Shown here: positions 40,142 through 49,165 of the stretch, piece by piece | Position numbering within the stretch: position 1 is the first letter of the stretch | Layout: every line of letters starts with the position of its first letter | DNA from: Acidimicrobiia bacterium | GTDB lineage: Bacteria; Acidobacteriota; Vicinamibacteria; Vicinamibacterales; UBA2999 | Length of the DNA: 64,000 nucleotides | Direction of reading: 5' to 3' | Assembly (NCBI GenBank): GCA_016871275.1 | Contig: VFZG01000012.1 | Span: 4,646 to 68,645, forward strand | Notes under the pieces: model-generated | What the model saw: the letters and a program-made list of their open reading frames with translations, nothing else | Database searches by the model: none | What the model was told of the DNA's origin: nothing | Made by a program: the position numbers and the translations under genes

Positions 40142-40522
40142 ATGATTTCCGACGGAGAGATTTACGGTCACATTGGCGAGGAGGGCTTTGCCCGTCTGGC
40201 CGCTGCCTTCTACAGGCAAGTGCCGGCTGATGACATTCTGGGTCCGATGTACCCGGCCGAGGATCTCACGGGGGCCGAGGAACGGCTTCGGGACTTTCTC
40301 GTTGGCCGCTTCGGTGGTCCGCAACGCTACATGGAGCGGCGCGGACACCCGCGGTTGCGGATGCGGCACATGCCCTACCGTCTCGATCAACGCGCCCGCA
40401 ATCGGTGGCTGCAGCTGATGGATCGTGCCCTGGACGAGGCAAAGCTGCCAAAGGAGTCGGAGGACCTGTTACGCGGTTTCTTCCATCACATGGCTACCTT
40501 CCTGCTCAACACGCCGGGTTGA
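40142..40522 (+). CDS. glbO: Group II truncated hemoglobin
   Basis: FYRQVPADDILGPMYP...ERLRDFLVGRFGGPQRYMERRGHPRLRMRH, typical of trHbO. Confidence 0.9.
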   Translation: MISDGEIYGHIGEEGFARLAAAFYRQVPADDILGPMYPAEDLTGAEERLRDFLVGRFGGPQRYMERRGHPRLRMRHMPYRLDQRARNRWLQLMDRALDEAKLPKESEDLLRGFFHHMATFLLNTPG

Positions 40523-40581
40523 ACGACCGTCGAACGACGGAGGAACGTGTGTTCGAACGGCCGGAGCAGTATGATCAGCCC

Positions 40582-40875
40582 ATGGACGGCGCCCCGAAGA
40601 GTGCGTACGAGCTGGCGATGGAGCGGCTCAAGAAGAAGGACGCGGATGAAGGCGTCAGCGAGCGATCGCTGACCGACGACCAGAAGCACGAGATCGCCGG
40701 GATCCGCAAGACCTACGCGGCCAGGCTGGCGCAGGAAGAGATCCTGTTCACGTCAAAGACGCAGGGCTTCGTCGACCGCGATGCGCGGCAGATTCTCGAG
40801 GAGAACTATCGCCGTGACGTCGAGCGGCTCAATCACGAGCGGGATCGGAAAATCGAGAAGGTGCGAAACGGGTAG
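40582..40875 (+). CDS. Hypothetical charged helical protein
   Basis: An internal ATG 40582 of track ORF 40405..40875. The composition looks coding. No family recognised. Confidence 0.45.
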   Translation: MDGAPKSAYELAMERLKKKDADEGVSERSLTDDQKHEIAGIRKTYAARLAQEEILFTSKTQGFVDRDARQILEENYRRDVERLNHERDRKIEKVRNG

Positions 40876-42979
40876 CGACGCTCGCAATCGCGCACATCGT
40901 CAAGGCGCACCCCGCGCCCAGCAGGTGCACTGAGAACCGTCCGGAATACGCCACACCACGGGCCGCCAGCGCCCCCGAACACGCCACCGCGAAGAACAAC
41001 GCCAGCGGCAGCGGCACCATCAGTCCGCGCACCCCGAGCACCGACAGTACCGCCACCGCCGCGCCAATCAACAGCGGCAGCGCGTAGATGGCAAAGCGCG
41101 GCGGATCGTTGATGGTCAGCACCATCATCAGGCTGCTGAGCATCGCGTTCAGGTTCTGCAGCACGGTGTGACCCGACTGCCACAGCGCGTGGTTCCCCCA
41201 CGTCGTGCCGTGGAGGAACGAGAACACCCCGGTGTAGTGATAGGTGCGCAACGTGAACAGGAACACGGCAATGGCCATCACCGACGCCACGCCAATCACG
41301 CCCTTCCACGACACCTCCGGCAGCCAGCGGTTGATCTGCCACCACCCCGCGGTGCGAACGGACAACGGAATCGCAAACACGCTCACCGCCAGCGCCATCG
41401 GCAGGTTGTTCAACCGGGTGTAGAACCCAATCGCCGCCAGCATGCCCGCGGCCACGGCGATCACTACCCTGATGTCGCCGCCCTGGCGGTGCGACGCCAG
41501 CAGCAGCGCCGCCAGGTAGATGAATCCGGCCGACGCGCCATCAGACAGTCCGACACCCAGATAGAGCCACGTTGGACTCTGCATGACGATGGTCAGGGTG
41601 AGTGTCGCGGCGGCCAGTCCCCAGCGGAATCCGAACGCGCTCGCAACCGTCAGGTGCGCCAGCATGGCGCCCGCCGTCAGGCCAATCGCGTCCCACCAGA
41701 ACTCGCCCATGCTCGAATCGCCGAACACCATGTGCAGCGCGCCGGCGACCCAGCGGTAGAACGGCTGGAACCAGAACGTCAGCTCGCCCCCCTCCAGCCA
41801 GTAGCCTTGCAGGTAAATGCGATACGCCCAGCGCTGGAACATCCACATGTCGTCGCCGCCGGCGTACAGCGAAAAGCGGCCGATGTGGCTGTCGAACACG
41901 CCGGTCACGAAGGCCAGCCACGGAATCCCTACCAACACGAACGCGCCGCGCAGCGTCTGATGTGAGGCCGGGATCTTGAGCCACACTGCGACACCCAGCG
42001 CCGTCATGGACCACTGCGCCCACGGCGTCATCACGTAGTTCTCGTACGGGTGCGCCCCGAGCCAGTAGACGATCGCCGATGCAATGCCGGAGAACGCCAG
42101 CGTCGCAGGGTCGCGCCACGACACGACGAACGCGCCAAACCATCCGAGCAGCAGCGCGGCAGCCGCCAGCTGGATCAACCATGTCAGCGCGCCACGGACT
42201 CGCAGATCGGTGGCGGATGGGACTTTCGTCGTTGCGACCGCGAACTGACGGCTGCCGATTGGATGGCCATTCCACAACGGCACGAACGCCCATCGCTGAT
42301 GCACGAGATGCGACTTGACCTGCACGAAGTGCCGGCCGGCATCCACGAACAACTGGTGGCGCCCGGTGACGGCCGGCGGGACCTCCTGGCCGTCCAGCAC
42401 CAACGCCGTCTCCATCGTCGGACCGGTTTCGATGATGAGTTCGCCGCGCTCGTGAGCGTACAGGTATCCGGACACCGTCATGTCGAGCTCCGCGCCTGGG
42501 GGGCGGTCCTCGAAGCGCGGCAGGTTCTTGTCGGTGGGCGGCAGGTTGTAGAACCACACCGGGAACTCCTTGAACTCCCGATACGGCCTTGTGAGTATCG
42601 CGGAGCACTGCGGCGCCGGCGATCGCCAGTCCGCGCGCACGTCCCACGTATGGACGCGGCCGGTTGCATCGCTCACCAGCGGCCTCGGCGTGTCGAACTG
42701 CACACACCAGCCATCACGCGCCAGCGACAGCGACGCCAGCTTGCTGACGATCAGCAGGACAATCAGTGACCGGGTGATGACATTGGTGAGGTAGGCCGGA
42801 TGAAGGCACCAAAGGACCGGGGCGGCCAGGCCGATGAGGATGGCTTCGGCGAAGCCATCCAGTGGAGCGCCTCCAAGCGGGCCGTCGAGATGACCGGGCC
42901 ACAGCAGCGCCACCAGCGCAGCGCCACCCCAGAGCCCACCCACCCACCCGCGGCTAGCCAAACAGGCTCTTCGCGACAA
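40829..42979 (-). CDS. Large polytopic membrane protein with a PA14-like soluble insert (GT-C-like?)
   Basis: 716-aa track ORF with more than 12 hydrophobic segments. The start may be GTG 42943, which would avoid overlapping the proline dehydrogenase stop. The family assignment is tentative. Confidence 0.65.
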   Translation of the reverse strand: MSRRACLASRGWVGGLWGGAALVALLWPGHLDGPLGGAPLDGFAEAILIGLAAPVLWCLHPAYLTNVITRSLIVLLIVSKLASLSLARDGWCVQFDTPRPLVSDATGRVHTWDVRADWRSPAPQCSAILTRPYREFKEFPVWFYNLPPTDKNLPRFEDRPPGAELDMTVSGYLYAHERGELIIETGPTMETALVLDGQEVPPAVTGRHQLFVDAGRHFVQVKSHLVHQRWAFVPLWNGHPIGSRQFAVATTKVPSATDLRVRGALTWLIQLAAAALLLGWFGAFVVSWRDPATLAFSGIASAIVYWLGAHPYENYVMTPWAQWSMTALGVAVWLKIPASHQTLRGAFVLVGIPWLAFVTGVFDSHIGRFSLYAGGDDMWMFQRWAYRIYLQGYWLEGGELTFWFQPFYRWVAGALHMVFGDSSMGEFWWDAIGLTAGAMLAHLTVASAFGFRWGLAAATLTLTIVMQSPTWLYLGVGLSDGASAGFIYLAALLLASHRQGGDIRVVIAVAAGMLAAIGFYTRLNNLPMALAVSVFAIPLSVRTAGWWQINRWLPEVSWKGVIGVASVMAIAVFLFTLRTYHYTGVFSFLHGTTWGNHALWQSGHTVLQNLNAMLSSLMMVLTINDPPRFAIYALPLLIGAAVAVLSVLGVRGLMVPLPLALFFAVACSGALAARGVAYSGRFSVHLLGAGCALTMCAIASVATRFAPSRFSDPARD

Positions 42980-43883
42980 ACCAGACGTTGGCCGGACGCT
43001 CAGCCAGGCGCCGCATGTACCACGGGAACCAGTGGTCGCCGTAGGCGATCAGCACGCGCACCTGCGCGCCGTCCTGGACGAGGCGCTGCTGCGCGGCCTT
43101 CTGGATGCCGTAGAGCATGTGGATTTCGACCTCCGACGCCTTCACGCCGGTGGACTGTGCGTGCGAGCGGATTGACTGGATCAACTGCAGATCGTGCGTG
43201 CCGAACACCGCACGCGATCCGGCGGCTCGGGCCGCGGCGCCGAGCATGATCTGCGCGAGCACGAAATAGTTGGCATCAACGTCGCTCTTCTTCGGGAAGG
43301 CCACGGTGGCCGGCTCGTTGTAGGCGCCCTTGACCAGCCGCACGCCAATGCCTCGAGACGTCACGTCTTCGAGATCCTCGCGCGTGCGGAACAGGTAGGC
43401 CTGCAGGCAGACGCCGATGCGGGGGAACTCTTCGCGCAGCCGGCGCGTCAGCGTCAACGTCACGTCGACGTACGGCGACTGCTCCATGTCGATCCACAAG
43501 TAGCTGCCGGCGTCGTGCGCGCGCCTGGCGAGGTCGCGAAGGTGGCCGTAGGCCAGCTCGCGGTCGATGTCGAGCCCGAGCTGGGTCAACTTGATCGACG
43601 GCTCGCACGCGATGTTCAGCTGGTGAATGCGATCAATGCCCTCGAGATAGTGACTCGCGACGCCGTCCGCTTCGCCGGGGTCGTTGACGTTTTCGCCCAG
43701 CCGTGTGAACACCGCGCCAATACCCTCGGCGGCCGTCGCCCGTGCGGCGCCGAGCATGTCGTCGAAGCGCTCGCCCGGCATGAACCTGGTGACGGCGCGG
43801 CGGATGAACGGCACGCGGGTGCCGTTCTCGCGGAGCCACTGGTTGTCGGAGACCTTCAGGAGGATGGTGCGCGCGACGCTCAT
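42954..43883 (-). CDS. Proline dehydrogenase (monofunctional PutA-type)
   Basis: SIKLTQLGL...YLWIDMEQS...VCLQAYL...VRLVKGAY motifs of the PRODH TIM barrel. 309 aa. Confidence 0.85.
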   Translation of the reverse strand: MSVARTILLKVSDNQWLRENGTRVPFIRRAVTRFMPGERFDDMLGAARATAAEGIGAVFTRLGENVNDPGEADGVASHYLEGIDRIHQLNIACEPSIKLTQLGLDIDRELAYGHLRDLARRAHDAGSYLWIDMEQSPYVDVTLTLTRRLREEFPRIGVCLQAYLFRTREDLEDVTSRGIGVRLVKGAYNEPATVAFPKKSDVDANYFVLAQIMLGAAARAAGSRAVFGTHDLQLIQSIRSHAQSTGVKASEVEIHMLYGIQKAAQQRLVQDGAQVRVLIAYGDHWFPWYMRRLAERPANVWFVAKSLFG

Positions 43884-43926
43884 GTGGATAACATCCTAAT
43901 CCACCTTCACCAGGGCGGCGGCGGAC

Positions 43927-45216
43927 TTAGCCCTCTTCCGCCCTCGCCGCAATCGCGCCCGGCGGATCCAATGGCGCCAGCGTCTGCAGCGGTCCAATGC
44001 GAGCCAGCTGCGGCCAGATTGAGCGCACCATCCATACCACCATCAGCGTCGCGAATCCGCCGCCGACCACCGACGCTACGGGACCGAACACCGCGGCGGT
44101 GGCGCCGCTTTCGAAGGCACCGAACTCGTTCGAGAAGCCGATGAACACGTAGTTGATCGCCGACACCCGTCCGCGCAGGTGATCGGGCGTGATGGTCTGC
44201 TCGAGCGTCAGGCGAATCACGACGCTGATGTTGTCGAAGACGCCGCTGAAGAACAGGCACAACAGCGACACCACGAACGACGTGGACAACCCGAACCCGA
44301 TCATCGACAGGCCGAACCCGGCCACCACCCACAGCAATGTGCGGCCGGGCCTCTGCCACGGCTTCAGCCGCGTGGTCAGCAGCGCCATGCTCATCGCGCC
44401 AAGGCCGGGGGCAGCGCGCAGCCACCCGAGACCCGCCGGTCCGACCTGCAGAATGTCTTTCGCGAACATCGGCAGCAGCGCAACCGCGCCACCGAACAGC
44501 ACGCCGAACAGATCGAGCGTGATCGCCGACAGGAACAGCGGATGCTCGCGGACGAACCTGAAGCCCGCGAACACGTCGGCGGCGCTGCGGCGGTCTGGCC
44601 GTAGCTTGCCTGCGTCGGCGCGAGCGGACACGGACGGCCGCACCGGCATGGTGCGCAGCATCAGGATGAACACCAGCTGCCCCACCGCCGCCAGCGCGAA
44701 CGGCATCGTCGCCGAACCGGTGGCCGCAATCAGCATCCCACCGGCCGCCGGCCCGGTGATCGAGGCGAGCTGGAACGTGGACGAGAGCCACGCGTTGGCG
44801 TTGGCGAACTCCGCCGGCGCGAGCAGTTGCGGCAGGATGGTGTTGACCGAGGGCGATGCGAACGCCCGCGCGGCGCCCACCATGGCCAGCAGCGCATAGA
44901 TCGCCCAGGTCGGCCCGTCGAACCACGACACCAGGGCGAGTCCGGCCGCGGCGCACGTCAGGACGGCATGCGCGAAGATTCCGACGTTACGGCGCGGATA
45001 GCGATCGGCGGCGTTGCCCGCCACCACCATCAACAACAGGACCGGCGACAGCTCGGCGATGCCAACCAGGCCGAGCGACCACGGATTGTTGGTGCGCTCG
45101 TACAGCTGCCAGCCGACGGCGACGTTGATGATTTGCCAGCCGCCAATCGCAGCGAAGCGCCCGATCGCGAACGACCGGACGAAAGGATGACGGAGCGCTG
45201 CGTAGGCGTCGGGCAG
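43927..45216 (-). CDS. MFS transporter (N-terminal 60 codons lack a canonical start)
   Basis: The track ORF starts at TTG 45036. The same frame stays open to a TGA at 45235-45237 and encodes an MFS-like TM1 (LRHPFVRSFAIGRFAAIGGWQIINVAVGW). The only start-like codon there is CTG 45214-45216. Confidence 0.7.
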   Translation of the reverse strand: MPDAYAALRHPFVRSFAIGRFAAIGGWQIINVAVGWQLYERTNNPWSLGLVGIAELSPVLLLMVVAGNAADRYPRRNVGIFAHAVLTCAAAGLALVSWFDGPTWAIYALLAMVGAARAFASPSVNTILPQLLAPAEFANANAWLSSTFQLASITGPAAGGMLIAATGSATMPFALAAVGQLVFILMLRTMPVRPSVSARADAGKLRPDRRSAADVFAGFRFVREHPLFLSAITLDLFGVLFGGAVALLPMFAKDILQVGPAGLGWLRAAPGLGAMSMALLTTRLKPWQRPGRTLLWVVAGFGLSMIGFGLSTSFVVSLLCLFFSGVFDNISVVIRLTLEQTITPDHLRGRVSAINYVFIGFSNEFGAFESGATAAVFGPVASVVGGGFATLMVVWMVRSIWPQLARIGPLQTLAPLDPPGAIAARAEEG

Positions 45217-45233
45217 GACGTGGGTATTGTACG

Positions 45234-45264
45234 GGGATCAGGGATCAGGGCTCAGGGGGCAGGG
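45234..45264. repeat. Tandem heptamers GGGATCA (about 4 units)
   Basis: gggatca gggatca gggctca gggggca, in the divergent spacer upstream of the MFS gene. Confidence 0.6.
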
Positions 45265-45315
45265 AGATCGACGCGTTGGTATCAACTTTGAAATAGACCG
45301 CCTTAGAGGCTGCTC

Positions 45316-45807
45316 ATGGTCCCCACGAGAGGACACCGCTTGACGCTTGTCCCGGTGTTTATCGCCGCTTTCCTGCTGTCTGCCACGACCCGCGCGTCGG
45401 CGCAGTCCTCTATTAACTTCAGCGGCGGCGCGTCGATTGAGCCCGAGCAGGTCTTTGCCGGCGTGTCGTGGCAATCACCGGACTTCGGCGGACGGTTCCA
45501 CCTCCGGCCCGGCATCGACGGCGGCTTTGGCAACGATCTGCGGCTGGGCACCATCAACATCGACCTGATCGTCAGGGTTCCGCTCGGCACCTCGTCATGG
45601 TCGCTGATCCAGGGTGGCGGCCCGACGATCTCGATCGTCACGTTCGCCGGGCTGCTGGAAAACACCCCGCGCAAACTGCGCGCCGGCGGCAGCTACCTGT
45701 TCGGGTTCCAGCACGACAACGGATTCTTCGGCGAGTTCCGCGTCGGCGGCGGCGGCTACGTGCCGAACCTGAAAATCGGCGTCGGATGGGCTGTGGAAGT
45801 CAAGTAG
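45316..45807 (+). CDS. Small outer-membrane beta-barrel-like protein with signal peptide
   Basis: Signal peptide ...FLLSATTRASAQS, alternating beta-strand pattern, Gly-rich. The C-terminal residues are VGWAVEVK. Confidence 0.55.
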   Translation: MVPTRGHRLTLVPVFIAAFLLSATTRASAQSSINFSGGASIEPEQVFAGVSWQSPDFGGRFHLRPGIDGGFGNDLRLGTINIDLIVRVPLGTSSWSLIQGGGPTISIVTFAGLLENTPRKLRAGGSYLFGFQHDNGFFGEFRVGGGGYVPNLKIGVGWAVEVK

Positions 45808-45815
45808 GCCGCGAA

Positions 45816-45839
45816 GAGACACGGTGACACGGTGACACG
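45816..45839. repeat. Tandem octamers GWGACACG x3
   Basis: gagacacg gtgacacg gtgacacg, immediately after the stop of the OMP-like gene. Confidence 0.55.
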
Positions 45840-45866
45840 GCGCCGATATTTTCGAAGCGCTGTCTC

Positions 45867-46406
45867 TTGAAAAAATGTTCTCCTGTCTCTGAGTCTCTGT
45901 GGCAACGTATCTGCGTGACCAGGGAACGCACCTTCACTTGGGAAGAACCGATACCGTTTCGCCATCGCGTCGAGGGCCAGTCCGGGCTTGCGTTGTTGCA
46001 GCGCGCCGTCGCCGGCGAGTTTCCGCCGCCGCCAATCGCGATGACGATGGACATCCGGCTGACGGAAGTCGAACGCGGCCGGGCGGTGTTCAGCGGCGTA
46101 CCGCAGGAATTCCACTACAACCCGCTCGGCACCGTGCACGGCGGCTACGGCGCGACGCTGCTCGACTCGGCGATGGGCTGCGCCGTGCACAGCACGCTCG
46201 ACCCCGGCGACATCTACACGACGCTCGAACTGAAGATCAATTACATCCGCGCGCTGACCCACGAGACCGGCCTGGTGCGGGGAATCGGCAAGGTTCTGAG
46301 CGAGACGCGGACGACGGCGATTGCCGAGGGACGGATCGAGGATGGCGAAGGCAGGTTGTATGCCTTCGCCACCACGACGTGCGCCGTGAGACGAAGTGAA
46401 AAGTGA
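45867..46406 (+). CDS. PaaI-family hotdog thioesterase
   Basis: NPLGTVHGGYGATLLDSAMGCAV...ELKINYIR. The start is uncertain (TTG 45867 or downstream). Confidence 0.85.
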   Translation: MKKCSPVSESLWQRICVTRERTFTWEEPIPFRHRVEGQSGLALLQRAVAGEFPPPPIAMTMDIRLTEVERGRAVFSGVPQEFHYNPLGTVHGGYGATLLDSAMGCAVHSTLDPGDIYTTLELKINYIRALTHETGLVRGIGKVLSETRTTAIAEGRIEDGEGRLYAFATTTCAVRRSEK

Positions 46407-46450
46407 GAAGTGAGAAGCTTCTCACTGCCCTCTTCTCACTTCTCACTTCC
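46393..46450. repeat. GTGAGAA heptamer palindromic element (copy B)
   Basis: gaagtgaaaagtgagaagtgagaag / cttctcactgccctcttctcacttctcacttcc. It contains both convergent stop codons (46404-46406 and 46443-45). Confidence 0.7.
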
Positions 46451-47672
46451 TGACGTATCTCTGCAGCTTCCGCGGCCCGACTTCGGCGCCGTAGACCACG
46501 CCCTGCGAGTCCACGGCCACGCCTTCAGCGGCGAGCGTGCCGCCTGGCGGCTTGCCGCCGTCGGCCATCTTCGCCACCACTTTCCCATCGACCATCTCGT
46601 AGGTGAGGCCGTTGTGTGACGGGTCAGGAATGAATCCGGTCACCTTGCCGTCGCGCGCCGAACCGACGCGGATGCCGCGCTTCCACTGGTAGTGGGGCGG
46701 GCTGACCGAACCGGACTCCGAGTCGGCGCCGTAGAGCGTGTCGGTGCGCGGGTCGATGAAGATGCCGCTCAGCCGGCTGAACTGGTACCACGTGTCCAGG
46801 GTCTTGTAGGTCTCGGGATCGAGAATCTGGATGCGGTTATTGGAGCGGTCGGCCACGAACAAGCGGCCCTTCGAGTCGACCGCGAGGCCGTGTGGCTGCA
46901 TGAACTCGCCTTCGAGCCCGGAGCCCATCTTGCCGTACTCACGGAGGAACTTGCCGGTGCGGTCGAAGCGGATCAGCCTGGCCGTGGAAGGCGGCGCATT
47001 GCCATGTCCTTCGGCCACGAGGATGTCGCCATTCGGATAGGTGATCACATCGTTGGGCTGATAGAACGACGCGGGGTCTGCCGGCTGGCCGGGGACATTG
47101 CCGCCCGCCTTGCCAAGGGTCAGCAACACCTTTCCTTCCGGACTGAACTTGATCACCTGGTGACCAACGACCTTGGCGGGCATCGGCGGCAGCGGCGAGT
47201 CGGCCGCTGCGCCGGGCGCGCGGGCCGGCAGATTGCTCTGACCGTCGGTGACCCACACGTTGCCGTCGCGATCGACATGGATGCCGTGCGGGAACACGAA
47301 CATGCCCTGCCCGAAGCTGGTGACCATCTTGCCGTTCGCGTCGAACTTGAAGACGGTGTTCAACGGCGACATTTCGTTCTTGGCACGATCCCAGCAGCTG
47401 TTGACCTGGCACCGTTCGGCGACCCAGACGCTGCGGCCATCCTTGTCAATGTCCACCGCGCTGGTCGAACCCCACGTGCGGCCTTCGGGCATCTTCGCCC
47501 AGTCCTCAATCGTGTTGTACGGATTCGGCAGGTCGTTGGCCGGCGTGGCCGACATCCACGCGCCCTGCGCCGCCGGTGCCTGCGCGCCCCCCTGGGCCAG
47601 CAGCCCGCCACCCGCCAGAATAATCGCCGCCGCACCGGCGGCCATCAAACCCGCTCGAAGTGCACGTCCCAT
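46443..47672 (-). CDS. Secreted NHL-repeat beta-propeller protein (peptidyl-hydroxyglycine lyase-like)
   Basis: Signal peptide, then repeated ...P.G.AVD..G..WV.D...NRI... blades (FPHGIHVDRDGNVWVTD, PHGLAVDSKGRLFVADRSNNRIQ). Confidence 0.8.
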   Translation of the reverse strand: MGRALRAGLMAAGAAAIILAGGGLLAQGGAQAPAAQGAWMSATPANDLPNPYNTIEDWAKMPEGRTWGSTSAVDIDKDGRSVWVAERCQVNSCWDRAKNEMSPLNTVFKFDANGKMVTSFGQGMFVFPHGIHVDRDGNVWVTDGQSNLPARAPGAAADSPLPPMPAKVVGHQVIKFSPEGKVLLTLGKAGGNVPGQPADPASFYQPNDVITYPNGDILVAEGHGNAPPSTARLIRFDRTGKFLREYGKMGSGLEGEFMQPHGLAVDSKGRLFVADRSNNRIQILDPETYKTLDTWYQFSRLSGIFIDPRTDTLYGADSESGSVSPPHYQWKRGIRVGSARDGKVTGFIPDPSHNGLTYEMVDGKVVAKMADGGKPPGGTLAAEGVAVDSQGVVYGAEVGPRKLQRYVRK

Positions 47673-47737
47673 CGATGCCTCCAGAGTGAGAGATATTACA
47701 CGAAGGGATCGGGGATCCCTGCCATAATCGTCCCGTC

Positions 47738-47986
47738 ATGCCCATCTTCGAATACGCGTGCAAGGGCTGCGGCCGGGAGTTTGAGGCGCTGGTATTACCC
47801 ACCACCGGCGCGCCGTCCTGTCCGGCGTGCAAGAGCACCGAGCTCGACAAGCTGATCTCGCGGCCGGCGATCAAGTCCGAGACGACACATGGCCTGGCCA
47901 TGAAAGCCGCCAGGAAGCGCGACAAGATTGCGGGCTCGGAGAAGGCGCGCGAGCAGCGCGAGTACGAACTGCATCACAACGACTAA
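47738..47986 (+). CDS. FmdB-family zinc-ribbon protein
   Basis: [19 protein letters not shown]...CPACKS, the CxxC-CxxC signature. Confidence 0.85.
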   Translation: MPIFEYACKGCGREFEALVLPTTGAPSCPACKSTELDKLISRPAIKSETTHGLAMKAARKRDKIAGSEKAREQREYELHHND

Positions 47987-48012
47987 CAGGCCGCCGGACC
48001 GCCAGGAAGAGA

Positions 48013-48198
48013 ATGCCGATAGAGACCGCCTCCGGGCAGGCGCAATGCCCCGAATGCTTTGCCGACATCACGCTGTCCACGGTGATGCAGAACGAAATCA
48101 CCCAGTGCCCGGGCTGCGGCGCCGAGCTCGAGATCATCGCGCTGGAGCCGCTGACGCTCGCGCTCGCGCCCCAGGAAGAGGAAGACTGGGGTGAGTAG
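48013..48198 (+). CDS. lysW: Amino-group carrier protein LysW/ArgW
   Basis: The 61-aa protein has CPEC...CPGCGAELE and the diagnostic acidic C-terminus EEEDWGE. The start is an internal ATG of track ORF 47827..48198. Confidence 0.85.
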   Translation: MPIETASGQAQCPECFADITLSTVMQNEITQCPGCGAELEIIALEPLTLALAPQEEEDWGE

Positions 48199-49135
48199 CG
48201 CCAAGGTCGGCGTGCTCTACAGCCGCGTCCGCGTCGAAGAGAAACTGCTCTTCGAAGCGTTCGAGAAGCGCGGCGTGCAGCTGGACTTGCTCGACGATCA
48301 AAAGCTGATCTTCGACATCACCGACGTCCACCATCATCCCTACCAGCACTACGACGTCATCGTCGAGCGCTGCATCAACCACAGCCGCGCGCTCTACAGC
48401 CTGAAAATCCTGAACGACCAGGGCGTCAAGACCGTGAACACCGCACTGTGCGCGGATATTTGCGGCAACAAGCTGATGACCACGAGCGCGCTGGCGGCGG
48501 CCGGGGTGCCGCAGCCGAAGGCGCTGGTGGCGTACACGCCGGAGAGCGCGCTGCAGGCGATTGAGCAGCTCGGCTATCCCGCGGTCCTGAAGCCGACGGT
48601 GGGTTCCTGGGGCCGATTGCTGAGCAAGGTCAACGACCGTGACGCCGCCGAAGCCATCCTCGAGCACAAGGAGACGCTCGGCAGCTATCACCACAGCATT
48701 TTCTACATCCAGGAATACGTGAAGAAGCCGGGGCGAGACATCCGCGCCTTCCAGGTTGGGCCCGACACGATTGGCGCGATCTATCGCACCTCGCCCAACT
48801 GGATCACCAACACGGCGCGCGGCGGCACGTCGAGCCACTGCCCCATCACGCCGGAGCTGGCCGACATCTGCACCGGCGCGGCCAAGGCGTGCGGCGGCGG
48901 CATGGTGGCGCTCGACCTGTTCGAGGACCCGGATCGCGGCCTGCTGGTCAATGAAGTGAACTACACCATGGAGTTCCGCAACAGCATTGCGCCGACGGGC
49001 GTGAACATTCCCGAGCGCATGGTGGACTTCTGCCTCGACGTGGCGGCGCGCGGCTGGAACGCGGCCAACGGCTGGGCCACAGACGAGACGCCGGTGCTGG
49101 CGACCGTGTCGCTTGCCGACGGCGCATCCGCGTAG
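48191..49135 (+). CDS. lysX: RimK/ATP-grasp ligase LysX/ArgX
   Basis: ATP-grasp fold. GTG 48191 overlaps the lysW stop. The position next to lysW supports the call. Confidence 0.85.
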   Translation: MSSAKVGVLYSRVRVEEKLLFEAFEKRGVQLDLLDDQKLIFDITDVHHHPYQHYDVIVERCINHSRALYSLKILNDQGVKTVNTALCADICGNKLMTTSALAAAGVPQPKALVAYTPESALQAIEQLGYPAVLKPTVGSWGRLLSKVNDRDAAEAILEHKETLGSYHHSIFYIQEYVKKPGRDIRAFQVGPDTIGAIYRTSPNWITNTARGGTSSHCPITPELADICTGAAKACGGGMVALDLFEDPDRGLLVNEVNYTMEFRNSIAPTGVNIPERMVDFCLDVAARGWNAANGWATDETPVLATVSLADGASA

Positions 49136-49165
49136 CCGCAGCAGGCACCGCATGCGCAGACAGGG

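Noticed and set aside
40093-40536. CGTTCGACG upstream (x2) and its complement CGTCGAACG downstream, flanking glbO like terminal inverted repeats.
   Set aside because: A 9-nt match is expected by chance about once in a 64-kb window on two strands. The upstream copies are explained by the tandem 21-bp boxes.
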